A stretch of 64,000 nt of DNA. It comes from an uncultured Thermoleophilia bacterium (GTDB lineage Bacteria; Actinomycetota; Thermoleophilia; UBA2241). Positions 50,035 to 59,843 of this stretch are shown here, one piece after another; the stretch's first letter is position 1, and the number at the start of each line of letters is the position of its first letter. A program made the translations under genes and the position numbers. Below the pieces are notes generated by a model. It worked only from the letters and a program-made list of their open reading frames with translations, did not search any database and had not been told where the DNA came from. Location: contig CAVOGK010000031.1 in the NCBI GenBank assembly GCA_963695395.1, positions 31,637 to 95,636 on the forward strand. Direction: 5' to 3'.

Positions 50035-50388
50035 CTACCGTGGCGACCGGATTCGCACAAGTCCGGCGGAGAGAACGGTGAACGCCCCGGGCATCTCGAC
50101 ACCGTGCTCGCCGATCACCTGCGCAACGGCATCCGCCTTGCCTGTCGAGGGTAGCCCCGGCAAGCGCACAAGAAGGATGCCGAACGCGACTCGACGCAAG
50201 CGGAACACGAGTTCGCCGAAATCCTTGTCGGCGGTCATGAGGATGCGCTCATCGGCGTTGGCGAGCTCAAGCACGGCCTCGTCGGTGATGCCCGGAGAGA
50301 GTTCGGCAACGTAGACGACGTCGTGGCCGACGGACCGCAGCCGGGTGACGATGGCTGAGTCGACGCCTTCGTCGGCGAGTAGCTTCAC
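50035..50388 (-). CDS. DUF5615 PIN-like toxin
   Basis: MKLLADEGV, GHDV, DEAVL, T.DKDFGEL. Confidence 0.88.
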   Translation of the reverse strand: MKLLADEGVDSAIVTRLRSVGHDVVYVAELSPGITDEAVLELANADERILMTADKDFGELVFRLRRVAFGILLVRLPGLPSTGKADAVAQVIGEHGVEMPGAFTVLSAGLVRIRSPR

Positions 50389-50621
50389 GCCACCGACTTG
50401 GAGACCGGATAGGCGACGTCAGCGCGGAGGACCTCGGCCCCGAAGCGCACGGCGGAGAGCACGCCCTCGCGCGTGAGCCGAGGATGGGCCTCCAGGAGTT
50501 GCTCGATCGTCCGGCCGGCGCCGAGCTCATCGAGGATGGACTCGACCGTGATGCGTGTGCCCTCGACGACGGGCTTGCCCATCATGACGTCGGGGTCAGA
50601 TTTGATTCCTTGCGTAGCCAT
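50385..50621 (-). CDS. DUF433 antitoxin
   Basis: DPDVMMGKPVVEGTRITVE; overlaps the toxin start. Confidence 0.9.
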   Translation of the reverse strand: MATQGIKSDPDVMMGKPVVEGTRITVESILDELGAGRTIEQLLEAHPRLTREGVLSAVRFGAEVLRADVAYPVSKSVA

Positions 50622-50893
50622 TGCGAGAACCTCCTTGCCTGGCTGCAACGATACCACCGGATGCCCGACTCGTACCGAAAGGGTCTATCCGCTGATCGAC
50701 CGCGATTCCCACGAGGTCGTCTCTGAGGGCGCGAGTGCCACGTCTTTCGATACGTTCATGTTCAGCCTTCAGGGCAGAACAGAGCTGGTGGGCGACTGAT
50801 CACGAAGGGCCGTGGGGGGAACGGTCACTTCGGAGGCCGCGGGTCGAGGCGTTCGCTGCAGATTCCCTCCGACCGGCGCGATAGTGTCACTCC

Positions 50894-52198
50894 ATGAACC
50901 CCGAGCGCCTCACCGGCTTCGTCTACCCCGTGAAGAAGAACGGCGTCCCCGTGCGCGGCCGCTGGCAGCTGTGGGTGAACCTGCCGTCCGAGCCTGCGTT
51001 CGACCGGGACGGGCAGCCGGTCCTTGACTCCAAGGGCCACCAGAAGCAGCGCTACCCGAAGACCACCAAGGTGGTCGAGGCCAAGGGCAAGAAGGCCGCC
51101 GAGCGCCTGCTAGAGACATGGATCGCGGAGCTCGAGGCGCACCGCACCATCGACCCCGACCGCCTGAAGCTCGCGGAGCTCCTCGACCGCTGGCTCGAGG
51201 CGACGCGGGGCGAGATGCGCGTCGCCAGCTACAACTCCTACAGGCGCATCCGCCGGATCCACGTCGACCCGGCCCTCGGCCAGGTGCTCGCCGGCAAGCT
51301 CACCCGCGCGCAGCTCTCGACCTACTACGCGGCGAAGATGCGCGGGAGCAAGAAGAGGAAGCCGCTGGCCGAGACCACCGTCGCCCACCACCACGCGATG
51401 CTCAAGACCGCCTACAACTGGGCGCTCGAGGAGGAGCTGCTGCTCGTGAACCCGGCGCTGCGCGTCAAGAACCCGCCGGCGCTGCGCCCCAAGACGCGCC
51501 CCGTGTGGAGCATGGAGGAGATCGCGAGCACGGTGATCAGGGCGAGCGGCCTGCAGGTCCACGCCGCCGGCGTGCTCGCCGGCTTCTCCGGCCTGCGCGT
51601 CGGGGAGATCGCCGGCCTGCTCTGGTCCGACCTCGACCTCGCGCGCGGCTTCGTCACCGTCTGCCGCACCATCGAAGAGGACGACGACGGCACGCTGCTC
51701 GAGTACCCGCCGAAGAACGGCAAGGCGCGGACCGTGCCGCTGCCCGCCGCCGCCTGCGACGAGCTGCGCGTCTGGCTCGCGGCGCAGAAGGAGTACCGCC
51801 TGGCCCAGGGCCCGGCGCTGGAACGAGGCCGGCCGCGTGGTGCCGAAGAAGGACGGCACGCCAGATGGCGCCCTCGACCTTGAAGAGCCAGTGGTGGAAC
51901 TGGGTGGCGCGGCAGAAGATCGACCCGCACCTGCCGATCCACGGCCTGCGCGACTCGTTCGGCACCTGGGTCTACGAGACCTACGGGGTCAAGCAGGCGC
52001 AGGAGTGGCTCGGCCACTCCGACCCGGCGACCACGCTGCGCCACTACGTGCGCCTGACCACCGCCGCGCGGGCGAAGGCCGTGGCGGGGCTCGACGAGGT
52101 GACGCGGGCGGCGCTGGAGCGGGCCCAAGAGACAGGTGCTCGAGGACGCGCAGTCCGTGCTCGACAACGTCGTCTCGCTCGAAAGCAGGCGTCAGTAG
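50894..52198 (+). CDS. int: Tyrosine recombinase/integrase (a few frameshifts in the 3' third)
   Basis: Catalytic R (SGLRVGE), K (PKNGK), HxxR (HGLR), H/Y (LGHSD..RHY); arm-binding-type N-terminus. Confidence 0.92.
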
Positions 52199-52271
52199 TC
52201 TCTCCAGCTGACTCCTCCACTGCCGCCTGATGCTGCATTCCTGCCGCTTCCGTGAGCATCAGGCAGGCGAT

Positions 52272-53054
52272 CTAACCCGCAATCAAGACTCGGACGCCTT
52301 GCCTCGCAAGGCCTTCGGCGAAAGCTTTCGGGAGCCGGGTTGTGATGAGGGCGTCGACTTCGGGCCAGCCAACCACCCGCGCGCGAGCGTTGAATCCAAG
52401 CTTGCCCGGTGAGGCGAGCACGATCGTCTGAGAGGAGCTCTCGCTCATCGCTCGAGCGGACGCTGCGTCCTCAAGCGAGAAGTCCCGGACGCCGCCATCG
52501 AGAGTGGCTCCATCCGCGGCGACGAAGGCCAGGTCGGCGTGAAGGGTGCGGATCGTGTCAACGGACAGGGGTCCAGTCGTGCCGAAGGACGTCGCACGCA
52601 GCTGACCCCCGATGACGATGACTTCGATGCCCGCACTGCCGGCCAATAGCTGAGCGATGTTCAGTGCTCCCGTCACGATGGTCAGATGCCGGTGAACGAG
52701 GCATTGCGCGAGCGCGAAGGAGGTGGTCCCGTCCGTGAGGAACACGGTCATGCCGTCCTTGATGAGGGTCGCCGCCCGCTGGGCGATGAGGCGCTTCTCC
52801 CGCCGATCGCGGCTCTGCCGTATCTCGAACTCCTCCTCCAGGGTCGAGTGGCGCTGGACCGCCCGCGCTCCCCCTCTCGTTCGGGCAAGCAGGCCGAGGC
52901 GCTCGAGCAGGGCAAGATCACGCCGCGCGGTCGCCTCGCTGGCTCCGGTGGCGTCCATGATGTCGGACACGGACGCCACCGCCTGACGCCTCAGCAGTTC
53001 CTCGATCCGGCGCCGACGCTCCTCCGCAACGACGCGCCCCTCCTTGCGTTCCAT
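52272..53054 (-). CDS. DeoR/GlpR family regulator
   Basis: ERRRRI, SEATARRDL, RTRGGA, DGTT. Confidence 0.92.
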   Translation of the reverse strand: MERKEGRVVAEERRRRIEELLRRQAVASVSDIMDATGASEATARRDLALLERLGLLARTRGGARAVQRHSTLEEEFEIRQSRDRREKRLIAQRAATLIKDGMTVFLTDGTTSFALAQCLVHRHLTIVTGALNIAQLLAGSAGIEVIVIGGQLRATSFGTTGPLSVDTIRTLHADLAFVAADGATLDGGVRDFSLEDAASARAMSESSSQTIVLASPGKLGFNARARVVGWPEVDALITTRLPKAFAEGLARQGVRVLIAG

Positions 53055-53192
53055 GATCGCTTCCCTTCTCAGGTGCTGACGGAAGACTCAGCAAAACACT
53101 CATGTTCAGTCAATCACGTCATTGACCTGACTGGAAACGACTCGAATACTTCAGTAGCGAAGGGAAGCGCTATCGACCGGAGGAGGAAACGG

Positions 53193-53663
53193 ATGTCGAC
53201 CGAGTCCAGCGTGCTGAAGGCCACCGGCAGTTGCCTGTGCGGAGGCGTCAAGTATGAGGTGAACGGTCCCCTTCGGGACATCCTCTACTGCCACTGCGAG
53301 AACTGCCGCCGCACGCACGGCAACTTCTCCGCGTACACATCGGCTCGGCGTGAGGACCTCGGCATCACCGAGAGCCGCACGCTCAAGTGGTACCACACCG
53401 ACAAGGACGTGACGCTTGGCGTGCAACGCGGCTTCTGTTCGGAGTGCGGCTCGAGCGTCTTCTGGGATCCTCAGGGCTACGAGTACGTCTACATCTCGGC
53501 GGGGAGCGTCGACCCGCCCACGGGCATCAAGGGCGCTGGCCACATCTGGCTCAGCGAGGCGAGCGACTACTACGAGATCACTGACGATCTGCCCAGGGCC
53601 GAGGGTTCGTCCAAGGGCCTCTTCCTGGGCACGCCGCACGATGATCCGTTGAAGTCGTCCTGA
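53193..53663 (+). CDS. GFA/CENP-V family protein
   Basis: GSCLCGGV, CHCENCRR, RGFCSECGS; GGAGG RBS. Confidence 0.92.
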   Translation: MSTESSVLKATGSCLCGGVKYEVNGPLRDILYCHCENCRRTHGNFSAYTSARREDLGITESRTLKWYHTDKDVTLGVQRGFCSECGSSVFWDPQGYEYVYISAGSVDPPTGIKGAGHIWLSEASDYYEITDDLPRAEGSSKGLFLGTPHDDPLKSS

Positions 53664-53708
53664 CGGAGGCGCGCGACGTAGCACTCCGGCGGCCGGCAGC
53701 CTGAATCC

Positions 53709-54593
53709 ATGCCTCTCGCCGACGGACAGAGGCTGCCGGCCGACATCGGACTGCCGAGCCAGGTCTACGCTGAGAAGCAACTACGCGAGGCGCTGATGCT
53801 GCTTGCGCGCTGGAGCAGTCTGGTTGAGGTCGACGCGGTCGGCCTCCACACGCTGCTCTCGCCCGATAACCGTCGCGCAGCGCGTGAGAGTGGCCTTGCG
53901 TTCACCGTCCATGGTCCCTACGGGCCCGCGTTTGACCCGGCCAGCCCCGAGGAGTCGGAGAGGCATCGCACGATTGAAGCCCATCGCCGTCATGCTGAGG
54001 CAGCTGCTGCGATCGGCGCTCAATGCTACGTCGTGCATCCTGACCGAGGATCACAGGGCATTCCATGTGTCGCGGGGCGGCGAGCGCTTGAGCGAAGCCT
54101 GCGTGACCTGGAGGAAGTCCAGGCGTCGAGTGGCGTGCAGGTCGCGGTCGAGAACATGGCGACGGGCGCTGCATGGAGGTTCACCGCACCTGGAGACCTC
54201 GACCTCGGCGAGATCGGGTTGGTGCTCGACACGGGTCATGCTGCCATCTGCGGCACTCTGGACCCGTTCCTGACGAATCCTCGAGCGAGGCTCGTGCACG
54301 TTCATCTGCATAGCAACGCCGGCCCAACCGAGGAGCGAGATCCTCATCGCTGCCTCGGTGACGGGATCGTCGACGCCCTCACCGTGCTTACCGTTGCCAG
54401 AAGAGCGGAGGCTACGGTAGTCCTTGAACATGGCGAGGTTGGGACGGCGCTGGCCAGCATCGCCTATCTGTGGAAGCACGGGCTTGCTGGCGAGGCGTTT
54501 CCTGCAGATTTCGCAACTTTTTCGCAACTCTGGTATTCTGGTCCGGCTGTCGCAGAGGAAAAACCCCTGCAAATCGGCACAATGCCCTCGTAG
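53709..54593 (+). CDS. Sugar-phosphate isomerase/AP-endonuclease-2 TIM-barrel protein
   Basis: TVHGP, VVHP, VENM, LDTGHA, HVHLHSN, DPH; ORF runs through the att arm. Confidence 0.75.
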   Translation: MPLADGQRLPADIGLPSQVYAEKQLREALMLLARWSSLVEVDAVGLHTLLSPDNRRAARESGLAFTVHGPYGPAFDPASPEESERHRTIEAHRRHAEAAAAIGAQCYVVHPDRGSQGIPCVAGRRALERSLRDLEEVQASSGVQVAVENMATGAAWRFTAPGDLDLGEIGLVLDTGHAAICGTLDPFLTNPRARLVHVHLHSNAGPTEERDPHRCLGDGIVDALTVLTVARRAEATVVLEHGEVGTALASIAYLWKHGLAGEAFPADFATFSQLWYSGPAVAEEKPLQIGTMPS

Positions 54594-54622
54594 CTCAGTG
54601 GATAGAGCACAGGTTTCCTAAA
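54497..54622 (+). repeat. att junction 1: arm plus 5' half of the intact tRNA
   Basis: Near-identical to 43977-44102 and 49814-49940. Confidence 0.95.
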
Positions 54623-54659
54623 CCTGGTGTCGCTGGTTCGATTCCAGCCGGGGGCACCA
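54584..54659 (+). tRNA. tRNA-Arg(CCT)
   Basis: Full cloverleaf: GCCCTCG/CGGGGGC acceptor, CAGGT-TTCCTAA-ACCTG anticodon arm, GCTGG-TTCGATT-CCAGC T arm, encoded CCA. Confidence 0.97.
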
Positions 54660-55195
54660 CTCTGACGCTGCACGGTGGGCTTTCGTGTTGGGGCGTTTGG
54701 CAGCATGCCTTCCGAATCGGCAAGACTGCCGATACTCTGCCGACGAGACGGAGGCGCTCGGCCGGCCAAAGGGAACCACCAACCGGCACGGAGTGGCTCG
54801 GAGCCGCGGCGGGAGGATGGCTGGATATACTCGTCGATGCTGGATGTGGCGCAGGGCATGCGAACAGAAGCGTCTGCCATTATTCGATGCCCGTGGTGGC
54901 AGTCGACGAGGGACCCCCAGTGGCGATGGCTTGCGGTGAGCTCGCGTGGTGATCACGGCGCTCGCCGAAGAACGACGGCAGCGTTTGGATGTGGGGCGAC
55001 AACGAATACGGCCAACGGACGAGCTCCCGGATCGGCCTTCGGTCATGGAGTAGTTGCGTGTCAGGAACCAGACCAAGGACGCACGTCAAGCACCCTCACC
55101 GCATCTCGAGACTGGAAAGGCCATGACGGACGCGGCTGCGATCAGCAACAGCACCATCCGCCGGGTCTCGCCGCCCGATTGACCGGCGCCACTCG

Positions 55196-55954
55196 ATGTC
55201 CGTCACCGACTTCCTGATCATCCTGCTCGCCGGCATCGGTGCCGGGACCATCAACACGGTCGTCGGCTCCGGCTCGCTCATCACGTTCCCAACGCTGGTG
55301 GCGCTCGGCTACCCGCCCCTGCTGGCCAACGTGTCCAACAACGTCGGACTCGTGCCCGGTGGAGTGTCGGGCGCCTACGGCTACCGGCGCGAGCTGGTGG
55401 GCCAGCGCTCGCGCCTGCGGCGGCTGGTGCCCGCGTCGATCCTCGGTGCGGTCACCGGGGCGACGCTGCTGCTGGTGCTGCCGAGCAGCTTGTTCGACAA
55501 GGTCGTCATCGTCCTCATCTGCATCTCGCTCGTGCTCGTCGTGGTGCAGCCGACGCTGTCGCGGCGGCTCGCCGCTCGGCGGACCGCGCGTCCCGGCAGC
55601 CACCACGACGCGACGCTGGGCGTGCAGGTGCTGGTGGCGCTGGCCGGCGTGTACGGCGGCTACTTCGGCGCCGCGCAGGGCATCATCCTCATCTCGATCC
55701 TCGGGATCATGATCGACGACCACCTGCAGCGCCTCAACGCCTGCAAGAACGTGCTGGCTGCCTCGGTCAACGCGGTGGCTGCGATGGTCTTCATCCTCGT
55801 CACCGACATCGACTGGAAGGTGGTCGCAGCGATTGCCGTCGGCTCCGTCATCGGCGGCCAGATCGGGGCGCGGTACGGCCGCCGCCTCAATCCCTCGGCT
55901 CTGCGCGGCGTCATCGTGGTCGTCGGGATCGTCGCGGTGGTCCGCCTGCTCTGA
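55196..55954 (+). CDS. Sulfite exporter TauE/SafE family protein
   Basis: AGTINTVVGSGSLITFP, YGGYFGAAQG, NACKN. Confidence 0.92.
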   Translation: MSVTDFLIILLAGIGAGTINTVVGSGSLITFPTLVALGYPPLLANVSNNVGLVPGGVSGAYGYRRELVGQRSRLRRLVPASILGAVTGATLLLVLPSSLFDKVVIVLICISLVLVVVQPTLSRRLAARRTARPGSHHDATLGVQVLVALAGVYGGYFGAAQGIILISILGIMIDDHLQRLNACKNVLAASVNAVAAMVFILVTDIDWKVVAAIAVGSVIGGQIGARYGRRLNPSALRGVIVVVGIVAVVRLL

Positions 55955-56121
55955 CGCGGTGGTGGGGCTACTCTGTTGCGCTTGGGCATCATCCTCATGG
56001 TGACTGGGATCATCGCCCTCGCACACCAACGGCGACCACCGCGGCTGACACGTCGCCACTCCCGGCGAACGAGATGAACTCCCTCCGTTCGTCTCCCCGG
56101 CTCCCGGGGGTGACCCAGCGA

Positions 56122-56946
56122 CTAGCTCCGCATCCACATGTTCCACACGAGACGCATCTGGAGATCCGGGCCGAGCAATCGTCTTGCGAGTGCCAACGGT
56201 CTTGCGCCACATATGGGGTATCGGAATCGGTGCGAATCGTCGTTCAGCGCCCTCCAGATGAGATCGGCTGCCTTCTCGCACGGTTCCCTTCGGCCCGTCC
56301 TTTGCTCCAACCTCACCATGCGGGCCTGCAATCGGCCGTACGGCGAGGACGGATCGATCGAGGCGAGATCGGCTCCACCCTTGTCCCAGATCGGCGTGTC
56401 GACGAACCCCGGCTGCACGAGCTTCACCCGCACACCGAAGGGTCTCAGCTCATACCACAGCGTTTCCGACAGCGCCTCCAGAGCGTACTTCGTCCCGCCG
56501 TACACTCCGTAGAACGGAAACAGCATGATCCCCGACAGGGAGCTGATGTTCATGATCACACCCGAGCCTCGTTCCCGAAAGGCGGGGACGAGTGCTGTGG
56601 TGAGCTGCATCGGGCCCAGCACGTTGACGTGGAAGAGAGACTCCACCTCGACCTGGTCGTAGTCTTCGACGGCCCCGAACTCAAGAGCACCGGCATTGTT
56701 CACCAAGACATCGGGCGCCGTCTGGTCGGTGAGCACGTCGATGAACCCACAGATGCTCTCCGCACGACTCAAGTCGAGCTCAGCGATATCCACGCCGCTC
56801 GGCCAATCGAGGGATCGGGCTCTTTCCACGTCACGCGCCGTCCCGGTGACCCGCCAGCCCTCCTGCCCCATGCGCACGGCTAGTGCCCGCCCGATGCCTG
56901 AACTGGCTCCGGTCACCACAGCGGTGCGCGAGCCGGCGCTTCTCAT
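56122..56946 (-). CDS. Short-chain dehydrogenase/reductase
   Basis: TGASSGIG, NNAG, YGGTK. Confidence 0.92.
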   Translation of the reverse strand: MRSAGSRTAVVTGASSGIGRALAVRMGQEGWRVTGTARDVERARSLDWPSGVDIAELDLSRAESICGFIDVLTDQTAPDVLVNNAGALEFGAVEDYDQVEVESLFHVNVLGPMQLTTALVPAFRERGSGVIMNISSLSGIMLFPFYGVYGGTKYALEALSETLWYELRPFGVRVKLVQPGFVDTPIWDKGGADLASIDPSSPYGRLQARMVRLEQRTGRREPCEKAADLIWRALNDDSHRFRYPICGARPLALARRLLGPDLQMRLVWNMWMRS

Positions 56947-56977
56947 GGCAGTCTCCTCTCGAACCACCCGTTGTCTC

Positions 56978-58747
56978 TTAGCGCTCCTTGAGCATGGACC
57001 ACAGGGTCTTCAGCGCGTCAAGGCTCAGCGATTGCATGAGAGGCGGGTTCCCCAGGGACCGATCCATAGCCATCATCCTCGCCTTGGCCGGCGGCATCTC
57101 GTTCGCGTCGATGGGCACGGTGACGATCGCCGGCCGATCAGCGGCAAAGGCTGCCGTGATCGCACGGGCCACTTCACCCGGCTTCTCGGCCCTTACGCCG
57201 AAAGCGCCGAAGGAATCGGCCAGTTTCACGAAATCCGGTGTCCTGAACTCCGAGGCCACGTAGCGACCCGTGTAGGTCATCTTCTGGATGTCGTGCACCA
57301 TGGCCAGAGTGTCGTTCTGAAGGATGAGCCATACCACCGGGATGTTGTGGCTGACCGCGGTCATGACCTCCATGCCATGCATCTGGAAGTCACCGTCGCC
57401 ACACACGACGATCGTCGGTCGGTCGGGGGCGGCAAGCTTGCCTCCTATGCAGGCAGCGACTCCCGAGCCCATGGCGGCCAGACCGCTGAGTGACATGGTC
57501 GTGTCAGGCCGCCGAACGAGAAGACATCTCTCCACCCAAGTGATCGTGTTGCCGATGTCGGTGAACACGAGAGCATCGTCGGGCAGGGCTTCCCCGAGCT
57601 CGGCCATGACCCGCTGCGGCTTCAGGGGCACATCCGTGGAGGTCATGGCGGGCTCGGAGAAGTACTCGGTGCGGGTCTTGAGAGCGGCGAAGTCGTCCGC
57701 GGGCCGGCGCTCTTCGGTCTTGAGACTCCGCACCAGTTCCGCCAGAGCTTCGAGAACGATGCCCGCGTCACCCAGCAGCGCCACATCCGCGGGGTAGTTC
57801 TTGCCGATCTCGTCCGGGTCGACATCGATGTGAATCAGCGCCCGGGATGGTTTCAGCGCCGGGTCCCACACATGAGTGCTGAACTCGTGCAGGCTGGATC
57901 CGACGACGAGGAGCACATCCAGCCCCGAGCGCAGGTAGCTGTTGGCCGCACGGGTCCCGTAGAGCCCGATGCAGCCCAGAGCGAGGGGATGATCTTCCGG
58001 GATGGCGCCCTTGCCGGGAAGTGTCGTAGCCACCGGACAGGCAAGGGTTTCAGCGAGTCGCAGGACATCAGCCGGGGTACGTCCTGTTCTTCCCCCCGCG
58101 CCTATCAGCATTCCCGGCTTTTTGGAAGCAAGAAGCAGCTCCGCCGCCCGCCGAAGATCTGCGTCCAACGGTCGCGTCGCGAGACGGGGACGATACCGGT
58201 CGGGAGCGATGATCTCGTCTTCCACGTGACCTCGCTGGGCGTCGGCCGGAAGGTCCAGATGGACCGGTCCCGGGCGGCCGCTCATGGCGATGCGGAGAGC
58301 CCGGCGAAGAGCTTCCGGCAGCTTGCTTGCGTGGGTGACCATGGTCGAATACTTGGTGACCGCTGAGAGAAGCCCCGTTTGAGAGAAGGTGCGGCCTTCG
58401 CCTGCGGCTTCCTGAAGCGCGCCTCTGCCGATGGAGGAGGTCCCGACCTGGGCGGTAAGGACGAGCATGGGCAGCGAGCCCATATAGGCGGCGGCGACGC
58501 CCGAGACGATGTTGGTCGCTCCCGGACCCACCGTGCCGCAGCAAACGCCGAGACCGCCTCCGGCAAGCGTGTGGCCGGCCGCCATGTAGGCTGCCCCTCC
58601 TTCGTGTTTGGCCAAGATGGACGTGATGCTCGATTGCCGCAGGGCATCGTAGAAGGTGAGCAGATGGCCCCCAGGCAGGCCAAAGACGTACTTGACTCCC
58701 TCGTTCTCCAAGTAGCGGACGAGAATCTGAGCGCCGGTGCCCTTCAT
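56978..58747 (-). CDS. Thiamine-pyrophosphate enzyme (acetolactate-synthase-like)
   Basis: VFGLPG, KHEGGA, GPGATN, GDGDF..N. Confidence 0.92.
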   Translation of the reverse strand: MKGTGAQILVRYLENEGVKYVFGLPGGHLLTFYDALRQSSITSILAKHEGGAAYMAAGHTLAGGGLGVCCGTVGPGATNIVSGVAAAYMGSLPMLVLTAQVGTSSIGRGALQEAAGEGRTFSQTGLLSAVTKYSTMVTHASKLPEALRRALRIAMSGRPGPVHLDLPADAQRGHVEDEIIAPDRYRPRLATRPLDADLRRAAELLLASKKPGMLIGAGGRTGRTPADVLRLAETLACPVATTLPGKGAIPEDHPLALGCIGLYGTRAANSYLRSGLDVLLVVGSSLHEFSTHVWDPALKPSRALIHIDVDPDEIGKNYPADVALLGDAGIVLEALAELVRSLKTEERRPADDFAALKTRTEYFSEPAMTSTDVPLKPQRVMAELGEALPDDALVFTDIGNTITWVERCLLVRRPDTTMSLSGLAAMGSGVAACIGGKLAAPDRPTIVVCGDGDFQMHGMEVMTAVSHNIPVVWLILQNDTLAMVHDIQKMTYTGRYVASEFRTPDFVKLADSFGAFGVRAEKPGEVARAITAAFAADRPAIVTVPIDANEMPPAKARMMAMDRSLGNPPLMQSLSLDALKTLWSMLKER

Positions 58748-59028
58748 CTTCCTGCTCCCCCTGAGATCGTGGGACCCATATCCTCCGTTCGGCCAACTGG
58801 CATGATCCATGCGTCGGCCCATTGCTACGATAACGCCGCTGCCGGTCAACTCGTCGTTGCGCTTCGATGAGGGCGTCTTGCCCAGAGCGAGGCCGGGTCA
58901 GTGAACCGGTTCTGACGGCCAGTCAACGGCCTGCGCAGTTTCGCGCTCCTACGGTCGGCAAAGATGAACATGGGGGGAGCTTCATCGTGCGTCCCCGCGC
59001 TGTGGGGACTCTTCGCGAGGAGGTGCCC

Positions 59029-59460
59029 ATGATCAGAGCGACCGAATGGATCCTGGGAGGCGTCGGCGCCCTCGCGGTGTTCCTGGGCTTGTTCGTTCTG
59101 CTCGCGGGAGAGGACCAGTACCTGGGCTTCGGCGGTTCCGCTTGGCGAGTCGGCGACATCTCGGCCGCGTGGAGCTACGGGTTGTTGATCGGCGGCGTCG
59201 CGCTGCTGGCCGTCGCCGTAGCACTGGAGGCGCGGGATCTCCGTCACGCGCGGTCGAACAAGCGGCAGAGTGAGCTCGCCGGGTTGTTGACGCATGTCGC
59301 CATCTTCACGGCAGTCAACGCGCTCCTCTGGATCGAGGACATCGCGACGGGAGGCGGGCTGGACTACGCCTACTGGGTCACCATCCCCTGGGGCATCGGC
59401 CTCCTTGCCCACGCTGTCGCCTACACGGTGGGCGCTCGCCCGGTGCTTCGGCACCACTGA
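59029..59460 (+). CDS. 2TM-domain membrane protein
   Basis: H..IF.AVN.LLW..WGIGLLAH; GAGGAGG RBS. Confidence 0.75.
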   Translation: MIRATEWILGGVGALAVFLGLFVLLAGEDQYLGFGGSAWRVGDISAAWSYGLLIGGVALLAVAVALEARDLRHARSNKRQSELAGLLTHVAIFTAVNALLWIEDIATGGGLDYAYWVTIPWGIGLLAHAVAYTVGARPVLRHH

Positions 59461-59843
59461 CGGGCCGGACCGCATGTGGCGCGTCCGGCGAGAATGGGCG
59501 GCCGCGCCGACAAGCGCGCGGCGGAGCCTCGGCGAGGTGAAGCACCGGCACGTCTTCTACGCAGCGCGGGCCGGAGCCTGACGAGTCGCCGTGCGAGGCG
59601 CCTCTTTCCGCCCGGCCGTCCTCACCGGACGCCCGCGGTGATACTGTCTCAGCGAGCAGAGGGCGGGGATCACTCCCCGTGGCGTTCTGCAGACTCGCGA
59701 CCCCATCTGCCGAGTCGAGAGTCGTCTCGACACGAGGCGACGCTCGAACTCAGGATGGGCTTGGGCGCGCCGCGACGGCCCGCCCGCCTGCGCGGCCGGT
59801 CAGAGGACCCGGTCGCGCGGGCATCTGGATGAAGGAGGACCCA

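Larger units (their letters stand above)
27067..54622. mobile_element. Tandem array of integrative elements upstream of tRNA-Arg(CCT); probably extends further left
   Basis: Seven att junctions, one near-complete integrase and many backbone remnants (remnants reach at least 7415). Confidence 0.85.
49941..54622. mobile_element. tRNA-proximal 4.7-kb integrative element (TA pair, integrase, DeoR-GFA-TIM barrel cargo)
   Basis: Bounded by ~126-bp direct repeats ending in the anticodon loop. Confidence 0.85.

Noticed and set aside
26988-54622. Junction repeats as a CRISPR array
   Set aside because: Spacing is kilobases and irregular, the repeats are tRNA-derived and no cas genes are recognisable.
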